This document shows, one piece after another, positions 29,563-39,390 of a stretch of DNA of 64,000 nt (the first letter of the stretch is position 1; the number at the start of each line of letters is the position of its first letter). The position numbers and the translations under genes are program-made. The stretch covers positions 96,307 through 160,306 of the forward strand of contig FR888054.1 in NCBI GenBank assembly GCA_000431335.1. Direction: 5' to 3'. This stretch comes from Clostridium sp. CAG:343 (GTDB lineage Bacteria > Bacillota > Clostridia > TANB77 > CAG-508). The notes under the pieces are model-generated. The model made no database searches. It was not told where the DNA came from and saw nothing but the letters and a program-made list of their open reading frames with translations.

Positions 29563-30036
29563 CTATATTTTTCTCTCCTTAAGTATTTTCTTAAACAATT
29601 CCCTAGTATTATCATATGTAATTGTTTGCATTGCCTCATCAAAATCCAACCATTTTATATCATTCACTTCACATTCCTGTGCTTTTATCTCTCCACCTGT
29701 ACATTTTGCAATAAATAGGACCACTTGTTTCAATGTTCCTTTATCTGTTACATATTCCATTGTATATCTTTTATTAGCATCAATTTCTACGTCTAAATTT
29801 GTTTCTTCTTTTACTTCTCTAATTGCAGTTTCAATTTCTGTTTCATCTTTTTCGACATGTCCTTTCGGAAATCCCCAATGCCCTTTGGTTTGTTTAATTA
29901 ATAACACTTTATTTTTATTTATTATGATACATCCACAAGATTTCTCTCTTTCTTTATTAGTCTCACTTAATATCTTATTCAATTCTATTTCCTCCTTTTT
30001 AACAAAACAATTATATATATATATCGGTATGTCCAA
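29563..30036 (-). CDS. NUDIX hydrolase
   Basis: Nudix box GFPKGHVEKDETEIETAIREVKEETNL. Confidence 0.7.
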   Translation of the reverse strand: MDIPIYIYNCFVKKEEIELNKILSETNKEREKSCGCIIINKNKVLLIKQTKGHWGFPKGHVEKDETEIETAIREVKEETNLDVEIDANKRYTMEYVTDKGTLKQVVLFIAKCTGGEIKAQECEVNDIKWLDFDEAMQTITYDNTRELFKKILKERKI

Positions 30037-30289
30037 TTATTTATTTTTTTGATATCCTATTACTTTTAATGAATCTTTCGCATCCTCTATAAAATATCAC
30101 AATTAATTGACTCTTGTCCTAATATATCCCCTTTATTATTAAATTTCTTAATTTTAGATGTTATTTTTTAATTATTTTATTTGTTCCAAACTTACTAATT
30201 TATTTTTTCTAAAAATCATTTTTAACAAACAAGGAGATGTTATATTCAAAATAGTATTATTGTATACTAATTTAACCTCTTCATTTACT

Positions 30290-30814
30290 TCACACCAATT
30301 TAATAAAAAGAATTTTATCGCTCCCCCGATGACTTACAACAGCAATTTTATTTTCTTCATACTCTTTGAGTATTCTATTTAAAAAAATATTCATTCTTTT
30401 TCTTGTATCTTCTGCACTTTCACCATCAGAAGTCTTATAATTTCTGTCTAATAATTGTTCTTGAGATGGATCTCTTGTACTTTTGTCTTTCATAAATTTT
30501 CCTAATTCTTTTAAATTTCCTAATTTTCTTTCATTTAAGTTACTATCTAAATTAATAGGTAAATTATTAGTATTAGCAATATATTTTGCAGTCGCTTTTG
30601 CCCTTGTATAACTACTTGACCAAATAACGTCAATATTCTTTAACTCAGTATTTTCGCTTAATTTCTTTGATTGCTCTTCACCATATACAGACAATATTTC
30701 TTTTTCGTTAATTATTTGTGTTTCTTCATTTGTATTTCTAATTCCATTTTCAACAACAGTTTCAGCATGTCTAATTAAATAGATTATAGTATTTTCCATC
30801 TTCAATAACTCCAT
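30290..30814 (-). CDS. histidine phosphatase family protein (phosphoglycerate mutase-like)
   Basis: N-terminal LIRHAET (RHG motif) and a downstream His-containing segment. Confidence 0.6.
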   Translation of the reverse strand: MELLKMENTIIYLIRHAETVVENGIRNTNEETQIINEKEILSVYGEEQSKKLSENTELKNIDVIWSSSYTRAKATAKYIANTNNLPINLDSNLNERKLGNLKELGKFMKDKSTRDPSQEQLLDRNYKTSDGESAEDTRKRMNIFLNRILKEYEENKIAVVSHRGSDKILFIKLV

Positions 30815-30842
30815 TTCTCATATTAAAAGTTAATATGTTTAA

Positions 30843-31151
30843 CTAATTTTTTCTTAATAATTCTGTATAATATATGACTTCCTTTTCTAATTTTTTCGCA
30901 TATTCAATTTCTAAACTTGTGCTATCTCCAATATAATTATTTACATTCACAACTAAAATAGCATCAGATAATTCTATTCTTTTAAAATGTTCCTCTTTTA
31001 GTTTCGCTAATTGTTCTTTTGTTCTTTCAACATTCTCTATAATTGGATAAATAGGTGTCAAAATACAATTACCTAATAAAGCCATTTTTTCTGCAATTTC
31101 CATCATCTCTTTTTTGAATTTTAAACTTCCACATAACGTTATTATTTTCAT
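30843..31151 (-). CDS. hypothetical small protein (possibly nucleoside 2-deoxyribosyltransferase-like fold)
   Basis: ORF only. The assignment rests on weak similarity of MKIITLCGS...AILVVN to that fold and should not be trusted without a search. Confidence 0.3.
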   Translation of the reverse strand: MKIITLCGSLKFKKEMMEIAEKMALLGNCILTPIYPIIENVERTKEQLAKLKEEHFKRIELSDAILVVNVNNYIGDSTSLEIEYAKKLEKEVIYYTELLRKN

Positions 31152-31533
31152 TTTTTAAATTCTCCCTATCATTTTCCACAATTATACCACTCCCTGTGTA
31201 CAAATCCAATACATTTATATTCATTTTTTAGTCAAATTAACCCAAAAGATCAAGAAAAAAGCAAATGCTAAAATCTAGCAAATGCTTATAATCTTTCATA
31301 CCTACATAAAAAGCTTCTTTTCTATCTTTTCTAGCAGTAACTCCTGCTATTGCACCATATTTTTTATTTGATACACCATTACTATAAAATTTTCTCATAT
31401 TCTTTTCTAAGTGATCCTACAGTTTGAAAATATCTGGAATTATATACTTCATTTTTGCATATGGATTTTGCATAGAATTTCCTAATTCCTTATGAATATT
31501 TATATAATTTTTAATGCATTGTCCTTTTCCTGT

Positions 31534-32010
31534 TTATGAAATTATTGGATTTTCATTTTTATCAGGATACTTATCAATATTAAATAAGTTTAATATTGAT
31601 ACTATATCTGTTACATCAATATCTCCATGCACTTCATCATCCTGAAATCCAATTGTGACTAAATCGTTTTTATTGTCATATTTTACTGATTTAGCAGAAA
31701 TCGTTAATCCCCTATTTAACAAATAAAAATTGTTACTCTTTCCATTAAGTAATGATGCCCTTATTTTTTTGGCAACTGCTGTAGTAAGTTTTTGTTCCCT
31801 TGGATTAGTTTCCATTGGAATATCTTTAAGAATGTCTTTTATATCACAAATCATTATATACATTTCTGAATTATCCATATAGTTGTTTAAATTGTAAAAT
31901 GGATTTGGAATTTTCCTAAAAGATTTTGTTTTAAAATTTAAAAGTTTCATTTTTTCCTCCTTTTCACATATAAGTGATTTTTTATTAGAATACACAATAT
32001 CCATTGTCAT
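31534..32010 (-). CDS. hypothetical protein, probably the 5' fragment of a disrupted gene
   Basis: The ORF ends abruptly. The 330 bp downstream contain stop-interrupted reading frames that look like its decayed continuation. Confidence 0.3.
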   Translation of the reverse strand: MTMDIVYSNKKSLICEKEEKMKLLNFKTKSFRKIPNPFYNLNNYMDNSEMYIMICDIKDILKDIPMETNPREQKLTTAVAKKIRASLLNGKSNNFYLLNRGLTISAKSVKYDNKNDLVTIGFQDDEVHGDIDVTDIVSILNLFNIDKYPDKNENPIIS

Positions 32011-32072
32011 TCTTTTTGCATTTTATAATTAATTTCTATTGAAGTAAACGCTATGTTAAAAAGGAGAAATTT

Positions 32073-32231
32073 ATGAATATAAATGAAAAAATAGGTCTAA
32101 ATATTAGAAAATATAGGGAAGAACAAGGGTACACACAGAATGATTTCGCAGAAGAATGTCAAATAAGTAGAGCTTATTATGGAAGGATAGAAAGAGGAGA
32201 ACATAGTATAACAGTAGAAACTTCCTCTTGA
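32073..32231 (+). CDS. short XRE-type HTH protein (52 aa), possibly truncated
   Basis: RBS AAAGGAG then ATG. The HTH segment is TQNDFAEECQISRAYYGRIERGE. Confidence 0.4.
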   Translation: MNINEKIGLNIRKYREEQGYTQNDFAEECQISRAYYGRIERGEHSITVETSS

Positions 32232-32342
32232 TTTAATCATTTATTATAATAAAATATTGACAATAAATTTTTTTCTAATATAATAAATATTAAATTATTA
32301 CTTTACTAAAAACTTATTTTAATAATTATATGGAGGTCTTAT

Positions 32343-32879
32343 ATGTATAATCGAATTTCTATTGTTGGAGGATCTGGTAGTGGGAAAAGTACTTTATGTA
32401 ATATTTTATCTAAAGAACTTAATTTACCTGCCATTCATTTAGACAGTCTAAACTATAAACCAAATTGGGTTGAACTTGATAAAAATGAAAGAGACAAAAT
32501 TATATCTGCTAAATCTTCTGAAGAGAAATGGATAATTGATGGAAACTATAACAATACTATCAAAGAAAGATTTAATAAAGCTGACTTAATTATTTGGCTA
32601 GATTACTCTACTTTTTCTCAATTAAAAGGTGTTTTTAAAAGAATAATAACAACATTCAATAAGGAACGTCCTGAAATCCCTGGTTGCAAAGAACGATTAA
32701 ATTTTACTTTTATAAAATATGTTGCTACATATAATAGAAAAAAACGTCCTTTGCTTTTAGAAAATTTAAAAGATATTTCTCCTGATAAAATATTAATATT
32801 TAAAAATCAAAAAGCTTTAAATAAATGGTTAATTGATTTTACACATAACAAAAATATTTTAAATAACATTAAAAACTAA
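32343..32879 (+). CDS. P-loop NTPase, topology-modulation / adenylate-kinase-like
   Basis: Walker A GGSGSGKST, NMP-kinase-like size, and a downstream DLIIWLD. Confidence 0.55.
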   Translation: MYNRISIVGGSGSGKSTLCNILSKELNLPAIHLDSLNYKPNWVELDKNERDKIISAKSSEEKWIIDGNYNNTIKERFNKADLIIWLDYSTFSQLKGVFKRIITTFNKERPEIPGCKERLNFTFIKYVATYNRKKRPLLLENLKDISPDKILIFKNQKALNKWLIDFTHNKNILNNIKN

Positions 32880-33008
32880 AATTTTGTAATAAATCTTTTT
32901 TATTAGAATATAATATATTATATGACCCTACAACACTAAATTCTTTAATAATTTAATAAAATGTATTGACAAAGTACAGGTTTAGCCTTATAATAATAAT
33001 TGTTATAT

Positions 33009-33084
33009 CGCGGGGTGGAGCAGTTGGCAGCTCGTTGGGCTCATAACCCAAAGGTCGGTAGTTCGAGTCTACCCTCCGCAACCA
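33009..33084 (+). tRNA. tRNA-Met (anticodon CAT), initiator-type
   Basis: Cloverleaf is readable. 5' CGCGGGG pairs with 3' CTCCGCA and carries the C1:A72 mismatch typical of initiator tRNA. Anticodon loop CTCATAA, T-arm GGTAGTTCGAGTCTACC, and CCA is encoded. Confidence 0.8.
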
Positions 33085-33087
33085 ATT
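33037..33087. repeat. 51-bp direct repeat (attL, within the intact tRNA)
   Basis: gggctcataacccaaaggtcggtagttcgagtctaccctccgcaaccaatt. Confidence 0.6.
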
Positions 33088-33242
33088 CGAGAGTTTTTAC
33101 TTAAAGGGATATCCCTTTAAATGTAATTTTAATACAGAGATTTTACTATAAAAAGTAAGGTCTCTTTTTTGTATTCTATAAACACTTTCATACTCTATAG
33201 ATTTGCCCTTCAGCAAAATTTAAAGATTTGGAGGTGCATAAT

Positions 33243-33944
33243 ATGAGTAAAAAAGAACAACCAAATTATTATGCAATAATACCTGCAACAGTTAGGTATG
33301 ACACTAATCTAAAATATACAGAAAAATTATTATATGGAGAAATTACAGCATTATCCAATAAAAATGGTTATTGTTATGCTCAAAATAAATACTTTGCAGA
33401 TTTATATAATGTAACAGCCGTCTCAGTTAGCAGATGGATTTCACATTTGCAACAGCTTGGATATATAAAAACAGAAGTTATAAGAAATGAAAATAAAGAA
33501 ATAGTATCAAGAAATATTTACATTGTAGATATCCCCTATTATCAAAAAAATCAATACCCCTATATACAAAAAAGTATAGAGGGTATTAACAAAAATGTTA
33601 AAGATAATAATATAAAATATAATATAGATGATTTATTTCATTTAATTATAAATAATAGCAACGAAATTCCAGAAGAATTTTTAGCAATAATTGATAGGTT
33701 AGAATTTAATTATAAACCTTATATGCTTCAATATATGAAAGAAGATAAAATTAATATGGTAAAAAATGTTATATATGTTTTATATGATTTGTATAATAGT
33801 AATTTTCAATTTTTATTGCAAAATGTAAGTAGAGAATATTTAATAAATTTATATTTTTTAGCAGTGGATAATAAACCAGATACCTTATTAAATTATTACA
33901 AAAAATCTATCATAAATAGTAGTACAAACTATAAAAAAATATAA
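33243..33944 (+). CDS. RepA_N-type replication initiator protein
   Basis: N-terminus YAIIPATVRYD..L...EKLLYGEI..LS...GYCYA...YFADL..V...VSRWI..L...GYI fits the firmicute RepA_N pattern. Start set at ATG 33243 after GGAGGTG. Confidence 0.45.
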   Translation: MSKKEQPNYYAIIPATVRYDTNLKYTEKLLYGEITALSNKNGYCYAQNKYFADLYNVTAVSVSRWISHLQQLGYIKTEVIRNENKEIVSRNIYIVDIPYYQKNQYPYIQKSIEGINKNVKDNNIKYNIDDLFHLIINNSNEIPEEFLAIIDRLEFNYKPYMLQYMKEDKINMVKNVIYVLYDLYNSNFQFLLQNVSREYLINLYFLAVDNKPDTLLNYYKKSIINSSTNYKKI

Positions 33945-34164
33945 GTTTTACAGTAACAAAAAGTATGGCAAAATTAGCTTTTTTTCAAGAAGAAATTTGG
34001 CATATTTTAGAGTACAATGAAATGCATATATTTCAAGTGTTTTATAATTTTTATTACATGTTTTTTGAAGTGGAGGTAGGTTGCAATATCGGAAGATATG
34101 GCATACCTACCAAAAGGACAATTTATTGATAAACTTTTAGTTCGTATTGGAGGTGATGATAATT

Positions 34165-35058
34165 TTGAATTATTTTTTGAAAGATAAAGAGGAGATTTCT
34201 TTAATAAAATTTATTGCAAAATATCAATGTTTAAATGTAAATAGTGCAAAATATTTTTTTAGTAGTAGTAGATATTATAGAAATAGAATTAAAAATCTAA
34301 TAGATAAAAATTTTTTAAGAAAAATTAAGTGGATACTGGTATTAGGAAAATCAGGAATTCAATATGTAAAACTATTAAATTTTGAGTACAACAAATTGAA
34401 TAAAAACCAAAAATATAGAGAAAGACTATTAAAATTAAGTAACATAGCTACTTTTTATTATAATTGTAATACAGTTGATTTTATACCATCATTTGCAATA
34501 AAAGATAAAACAATACTTACGACAACAGGTAGAAGATTTATAGGAATATTTAATATAAATGGATTTGAATACTTGGCTTATCAAATTTTTAAAGAACATG
34601 ACAATAGATATATTGAATCTGTAGCCTTTGATATACAAAAAGAAATGAAATATAGCAATATTATTATTTTAGTAAATGATATAAACAGAATAGATTTCAG
34701 TTATTTTGCCTTTGGGAAGAATCAAATATTAGTAATTGAAGATAATGATATTAATAGAGAAAAATTAAAATATTTACATAGTATGAGATGGAAAGAATTA
34801 ATAGATAAGTATTATAGTAATGTTCATTTATCTGAATATAGCTTTTGTGAATATTCAAATAATAAAGATAAATTTATTAATACTTTTTACTTTATAGATA
34901 CTGAAAAGATTAACAGATTTAGATATTTTATAAATGAGAATTCCACTAAAAGAACATATATTATTTGTGATGCAGAACTGGAAACAAAATTACGAAAAGA
35001 ACTACCTGATGCTAACTATTGTATGGTGGATTTTGAAAAATATATTGATAAAGAGTGA
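34165..35058 (+). CDS. replication-relaxation (Replic_Relax)-like protein
   Basis: N-terminal winged-helix-like pattern (EISLIKFIAKYQCLNVNSAKYFF...RNRIKNLIDKNFL). The start is uncertain; TTG 34165 lies 9 nt after GGAGGTG. Confidence 0.35.
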   Translation: MNYFLKDKEEISLIKFIAKYQCLNVNSAKYFFSSSRYYRNRIKNLIDKNFLRKIKWILVLGKSGIQYVKLLNFEYNKLNKNQKYRERLLKLSNIATFYYNCNTVDFIPSFAIKDKTILTTTGRRFIGIFNINGFEYLAYQIFKEHDNRYIESVAFDIQKEMKYSNIIILVNDINRIDFSYFAFGKNQILVIEDNDINREKLKYLHSMRWKELIDKYYSNVHLSEYSFCEYSNNKDKFINTFYFIDTEKINRFRYFINENSTKRTYIICDAELETKLRKELPDANYCMVDFEKYIDKE

Positions 35059-35414
35059 AGATATTATTGTTGTTAGTTGGAGAGTAATAACTTAGATTAC
35101 ATTATAAGCAGAGTGTTTCGAGATTTAGTGCCACTCGGCTATAATTTGGAAAACATATATCAAATTATAAAGATTTTTAAATTGTGATTTTAATGTTGAT
35201 TATACATAAAAAAAGTTAAAAATAGAGATGGTAAAATTGAAGAATGCTGGTAATGAAAATTTAAATATTACAATCTTTTTGCTATTATATGGAACTATTT
35301 TAAAAAATATTATAAACTTTGAAAGGATATATAAAGTTAATGGACTCATATAAATAGAAAAATAAATGTTAGTTACAGATTTTATTATTACAAGACATAG
35401 GAAGGGGAAAATAA

Positions 35415-35951
35415 ATGGAAGAATTAGTGGTAAAGGCTAAGAAAGGAGATAAAGAAGCTTTTACACAAATAGTGTTAATATTAAAAGAAGATTTATACAA
35501 GATAGCAAAAACTAGAATTACAAATGAAGCAGATATAGAAGATGCCATTCAAGAAACAATGATTGAAGCATATAAATCTATAAAAAAGATAAAGGATGTA
35601 AGTAAAATAAAGCAATGGATAATTAAAATATTGATTAATAAATGCAATAGAATATATAGAAGAAAATACAAAAAGGACATTTCCATAGACGAATATAATT
35701 TAGAAAAATATATTATTCTAAATGGATATAAAGATGTAGAAAACGATTTAAGTTTTTACTCTTTATTAAAGAATCTAAATTATAAAGAAAGAATAATATT
35801 AACATTATATTACATGGAAGAATATTCAGTAAAGGAAATTAAAGAAATAACTAAAATGAACGAAAACACAATAAATACTTGTTTGCATAGGGCAAGAAAG
35901 AAAATAAAAGAAGATATAGGAGGAGAATTTGTTGATGAAAGAGTCAAGTGA
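35415..35951 (+). CDS. sigma-70 family ECF-type RNA polymerase sigma factor
   Basis: Region 2 (DAIQETMIEAYKS...QWIIKILINKC) and region 4 (ERIILTLYYMEEYSVKEIKEITKMNENTINTCLHRARKKI). Confidence 0.65.
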   Translation: MEELVVKAKKGDKEAFTQIVLILKEDLYKIAKTRITNEADIEDAIQETMIEAYKSIKKIKDVSKIKQWIIKILINKCNRIYRRKYKKDISIDEYNLEKYIILNGYKDVENDLSFYSLLKNLNYKERIILTLYYMEEYSVKEIKEITKMNENTINTCLHRARKKIKEDIGGEFVDERVK

Positions 35952-37095
35952 GGAAAAAATCAAACAAATTTTAAAAAGCAAAATAAATATTCCAAGTGGG
36001 TATGTTGATGCAATTAATACAGCGTTCATTAAAAAGGGAAAAAGTAATCATTTTATAAAAATATTAACAACTACTTGTGCAGGAATTATATTAACCAGCG
36101 GAATTGTTTTGGCAGGATATAATATCTATCAAAAAATATGGAAAGAACCAGAGATGGTTAAAAATAGCGATATAGAAAAGTCATTAGAAAATAAAGAAAT
36201 CTCAAAAGAGGATCAGGAGAAGTTAATTACAACTGAAGAGGCAAAGAAAAAATCATTAGAAATATTAAATGCACTTGGATATGAAGAATTAAAAATTGAA
36301 GAAGCAGAACTTAAAAATTCAAATAATACAATTTATTTTGATATAAAAATAGTAGGCAATAACAAGTTTAATGTTTTAATTGATGGTAAAAACGGAAAAT
36401 TAATTGGAATTAATAACTTAAATAATATTTATAATGATATAAGTCAAATATCTGAAATGGAAGCAAAAGAAGATGCTGTATATATAAGTGAAAATTTAAA
36501 ACTAGATAACGAAAAATATGAATTAAATTATTGTAAAGAAGAAAGCAGTTGTTATGGAGAAAAGCAATATAAAATATGGGTAGCGAGTTTTAATAAAAAG
36601 TATGATGAAAGATATAATCCCTATGACAGTATGAAAATTTACTTTTATGAAAGCAATAAAATCATAAAATTAGATTCTGTAATAATCAATAAAGATGAGA
36701 ATTTTCAAAATAATGAAATAAAAATTAGTGAAGATGATGCAAAAAGCATTTCAATAGAAAAAGAAAAACAATTAAGTCAATTAGAAATTATTGATATAGC
36801 CTCTGAATTAGAAATAAGAAAAATGAATACATATATTTTCAAATTAGAAAATAATATTGATGATGCTAATATAGATGAAAGTAACGAAGAAACTACTATA
36901 TATAAAACAGAAAATATTACGCGAAATGTATGGATAGTGAGAATAAAGCACAATAAGCCGGAAAATATAAATTTTAGCACAAGCCTAGAATATAATAAAC
37001 AAATGGATAAAAAATATTATATTGATGCAACCACAGGTGAAATAATTGGAGGAGAAGACTTTTTTGAAAAAATGAACAATCCATTGTATAACTAA
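35935..37095 (+). CDS. single-pass membrane protein, putative anti-sigma factor (large extracytoplasmic domain)
   Basis: Overlaps the sigma gene. One TM helix is predicted at about residues 48-70, with a short cytoplasmic N-terminus. Confidence 0.4.
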   Translation: MKESSEEKIKQILKSKINIPSGYVDAINTAFIKKGKSNHFIKILTTTCAGIILTSGIVLAGYNIYQKIWKEPEMVKNSDIEKSLENKEISKEDQEKLITTEEAKKKSLEILNALGYEELKIEEAELKNSNNTIYFDIKIVGNNKFNVLIDGKNGKLIGINNLNNIYNDISQISEMEAKEDAVYISENLKLDNEKYELNYCKEESSCYGEKQYKIWVASFNKKYDERYNPYDSMKIYFYESNKIIKLDSVIINKDENFQNNEIKISEDDAKSISIEKEKQLSQLEIIDIASELEIRKMNTYIFKLENNIDDANIDESNEETTIYKTENITRNVWIVRIKHNKPENINFSTSLEYNKQMDKKYYIDATTGEIIGGEDFFEKMNNPLYN

Positions 37096-37101
37096 TAAGC
37101 C

Positions 37102-37133
37102 AAGAAGGAGCTGAAATACAACTCCTTCTTTTG
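37102..37133. terminator. bidirectional rho-independent terminator (aagaaggag...ctccttctt + T-run)
   Basis: Perfect 9-bp stem followed by TTTT. Confidence 0.5.
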
Positions 37134-37156
37134 GTAGAAAGCTAGAATATGGTTAA

Positions 37157-37624
37157 TTAACTAATATAGTACCAGTATTCAATAAAAGCTCGTCTGTAAT
37201 ATCCAGGCGGATTTGAGATGCTACTTGCATCAAAGAAGATTTGGACTTGTTGACCGTAACTTACTGGGCAAGTAACCTCAAAGTCAACAAGACCACTTCT
37301 ATTATCATCCTTTGTAATACTAGCATTTCCAATTGCCCCACCATATGCATACCTTATTTGTGCAGTTAATCTAATGGGGCTTACAGCAGCATGAGCATCT
37401 TCTCCATAAAAATGCCCTACTATGTGTAAAGTACCTGTTCTTTTGATTGTTTTTACCTGCGTTAAGTTGTTATCTGTCATGTGCATAGAACCAACATAGG
37501 TTTTAGTTGAACTTGACCAATCTTCGGCACCAGCTGCAAATGCAGGAACTGCAGATGTTATTATCATTGCACACATAAGTACAAAACTAATAATAAACCG
37601 TGTTGCTTTATTTTTTACCTTCAT
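37157..37624 (-). CDS. small secreted protein, paralog A (signal peptide; conserved C-terminal ...NPPGYYRRAFIEY)
   Basis: N-terminal signal peptide with an AFAAGA cleavage region. Shares blocks with 38704..39195 (DNNLTQVKTI / DNLTPVKTI; GQQVQIFFDASSISNPPGYYR / GQRIQVYWDISSQYNPPGPYR). Locally higher GC. Confidence 0.5.
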   Translation of the reverse strand: MKVKNKATRFIISFVLMCAMIITSAVPAFAAGAEDWSSSTKTYVGSMHMTDNNLTQVKTIKRTGTLHIVGHFYGEDAHAAVSPIRLTAQIRYAYGGAIGNASITKDDNRSGLVDFEVTCPVSYGQQVQIFFDASSISNPPGYYRRAFIEYWYYIS

Positions 37625-37812
37625 AATAAAATATCCTCCTTAAAATGCATCAGTAGTATTTTTCTAGCTCTCTACCTGTATCTATTCAAAAAGGATAGAT
37701 ATTAATTATATATATAACTAGAACAGAAAAAAGTAAAAAAAGTAAAAAAAAGTAAAAATGTGAAAGATAAAAGTATATAAAAGGACTCTTATATTATAGG
37801 GGAAGTGAGAGT

Positions 37813-38535
37813 ATGACAAATGTTCTAGTAGTAGAAGATAATTTTTATCAATCAAAGCAAATTATTAATTATTTATCTCAAAGAAATAAAGAATTAAAAT
37901 TATATAGTATGGTTTATTCTGGAGAAGAAGCATTAGAAATAATAGAAGAACAAAAAGTTGATATTATTATACTAGATTTAAAATTAAAAGGGATGAACGG
38001 AGTAGATGTTATTAAAGAAATTGAATACAAAAAGATAGAAAAATATAGAAGTTCCATAATTGTTGTTTCTGGAGATTATTCTATGATAAGACAAGTTTAT
38101 AATAGTGATTACATATATAGATGCTTTTTAAAACCTTTTAATTTTAATGAGATTGAAGAAAGTATAGAGAAAATTATCTGTGAAAATAATTATGAAATGG
38201 AAACAGATGTAAAATCAAAAATAAACAAAGAATTGAAAAAATTAAAATTTAATTTTACATATAAGGGAACAAAATACTTATCTGAATGTATATATCAAAT
38301 ATATAAATCAAACGAATCGGATGTAGATAATTTATCTAAAGAGTTTTATCCTATTGTGGCAGAAAAATATAATAAATCGGTTAATACTATTTATGGAAAT
38401 ATAAAGCAGGCAATTAATGCAATGTTTTTTGATTGCGAAGAGAGAATATTAAAAGAATATTTTAAATATAGTTTTGTCGTTAAGCCAAAGCCAAAAGAAA
38501 TTGTTTATATAATATTAAATAAATTATATGGATAA
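37813..38535 (+). CDS. response regulator: REC + Spo0A_C-like domain (second copy in the window)
   Basis: REC motifs VLVVEDN...IIILDLKL. The C-terminus GTKYLSECIY...NIKQAINAMFF...KPKPKEIVYIILNKL is Spo0A_C-like. Confidence 0.55.
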   Translation: MTNVLVVEDNFYQSKQIINYLSQRNKELKLYSMVYSGEEALEIIEEQKVDIIILDLKLKGMNGVDVIKEIEYKKIEKYRSSIIVVSGDYSMIRQVYNSDYIYRCFLKPFNFNEIEESIEKIICENNYEMETDVKSKINKELKKLKFNFTYKGTKYLSECIYQIYKSNESDVDNLSKEFYPIVAEKYNKSVNTIYGNIKQAINAMFFDCEERILKEYFKYSFVVKPKPKEIVYIILNKLYG

Positions 38536-38703
38536 ATTTACTTTTTTTTACTTTTTCCGTGCCGTTATGGCAAAATATTTTATAATGTATAATGTATACT
38601 GCATATGAATTACATAGTGCAACATATGATATTAAAATGGCAAGTGTCATTTTAATATAACAAGTATGTGAGAGATATTTTTTTCATAATGGAGGTATAG
38701 AAG

Positions 38704-39195
38704 ATGACAAGATTTAAAGCAACATTTCTATCACTTTTTCTAGCATTAGGTATGATACTAGGAACAACTACAGCTTATGCTGCTGAAACACGGTCAGGAA
38801 CAGAAGTTTGGCATTTAGGAGAGGCAACAGTTGGCTCTTTTGTAGTTGAAAATGATAATCTTACACCTGTGAAGACAATAGGAGATGATGGAAAGTTATT
38901 TATTTGGACGCAATTTTCACGTGCAGATAGTTCATCGTATCCACCTATTGTTGTAACAGTAGAATTAAGAGATTATGATACAGGAGCAGTTCTTGACAGA
39001 GTTCAATACAAAGAAGGCGAAACAATAGATCGCGTTTTATATTATCCTAATGCTAAAAAAGGACAAAGAATCCAAGTGTATTGGGATATTAGCAGTCAGT
39101 ATAATCCACCTGGACCATACAGAAAAGCAAATATAACATATGGTTATATACTTTATCAAGATGAAGTTCCACCTGAAGGACCAGGAACTGACTAA
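38704..39195 (+). CDS. small secreted protein, paralog B
   Basis: Signal peptide ending TAYAAE. Paralogous to 37157..37624 and GC-richer than its surroundings. Confidence 0.5.
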   Translation: MTRFKATFLSLFLALGMILGTTTAYAAETRSGTEVWHLGEATVGSFVVENDNLTPVKTIGDDGKLFIWTQFSRADSSSYPPIVVTVELRDYDTGAVLDRVQYKEGETIDRVLYYPNAKKGQRIQVYWDISSQYNPPGPYRKANITYGYILYQDEVPPEGPGTD

Positions 39196-39390
39196 AAATA
39201 CTCTTTGAAAAAATCAAAAATTAAGTAACTATAAATTTTCAATGCTCTCACATACTGGGGACTAACTTGTTTAGTCCCCATCATTAAATAAAGTAGAAAA
39301 ATGCTTTACTTTTCTTGATGTTTAATATATATTGGTTAATATAATAAAGAATACTGAACAAATGTTAATTTTTTTGGAGGAGGAAAACTG

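Noticed and set aside
33228-34164. ORF-track starts at 33228 and 34147 (M-E-V…).
   Set aside because: Both candidate start codons lie inside the GGAGGTG ribosome-binding sites themselves. Downstream ATG 33243 and TTG 34165 have proper spacing.
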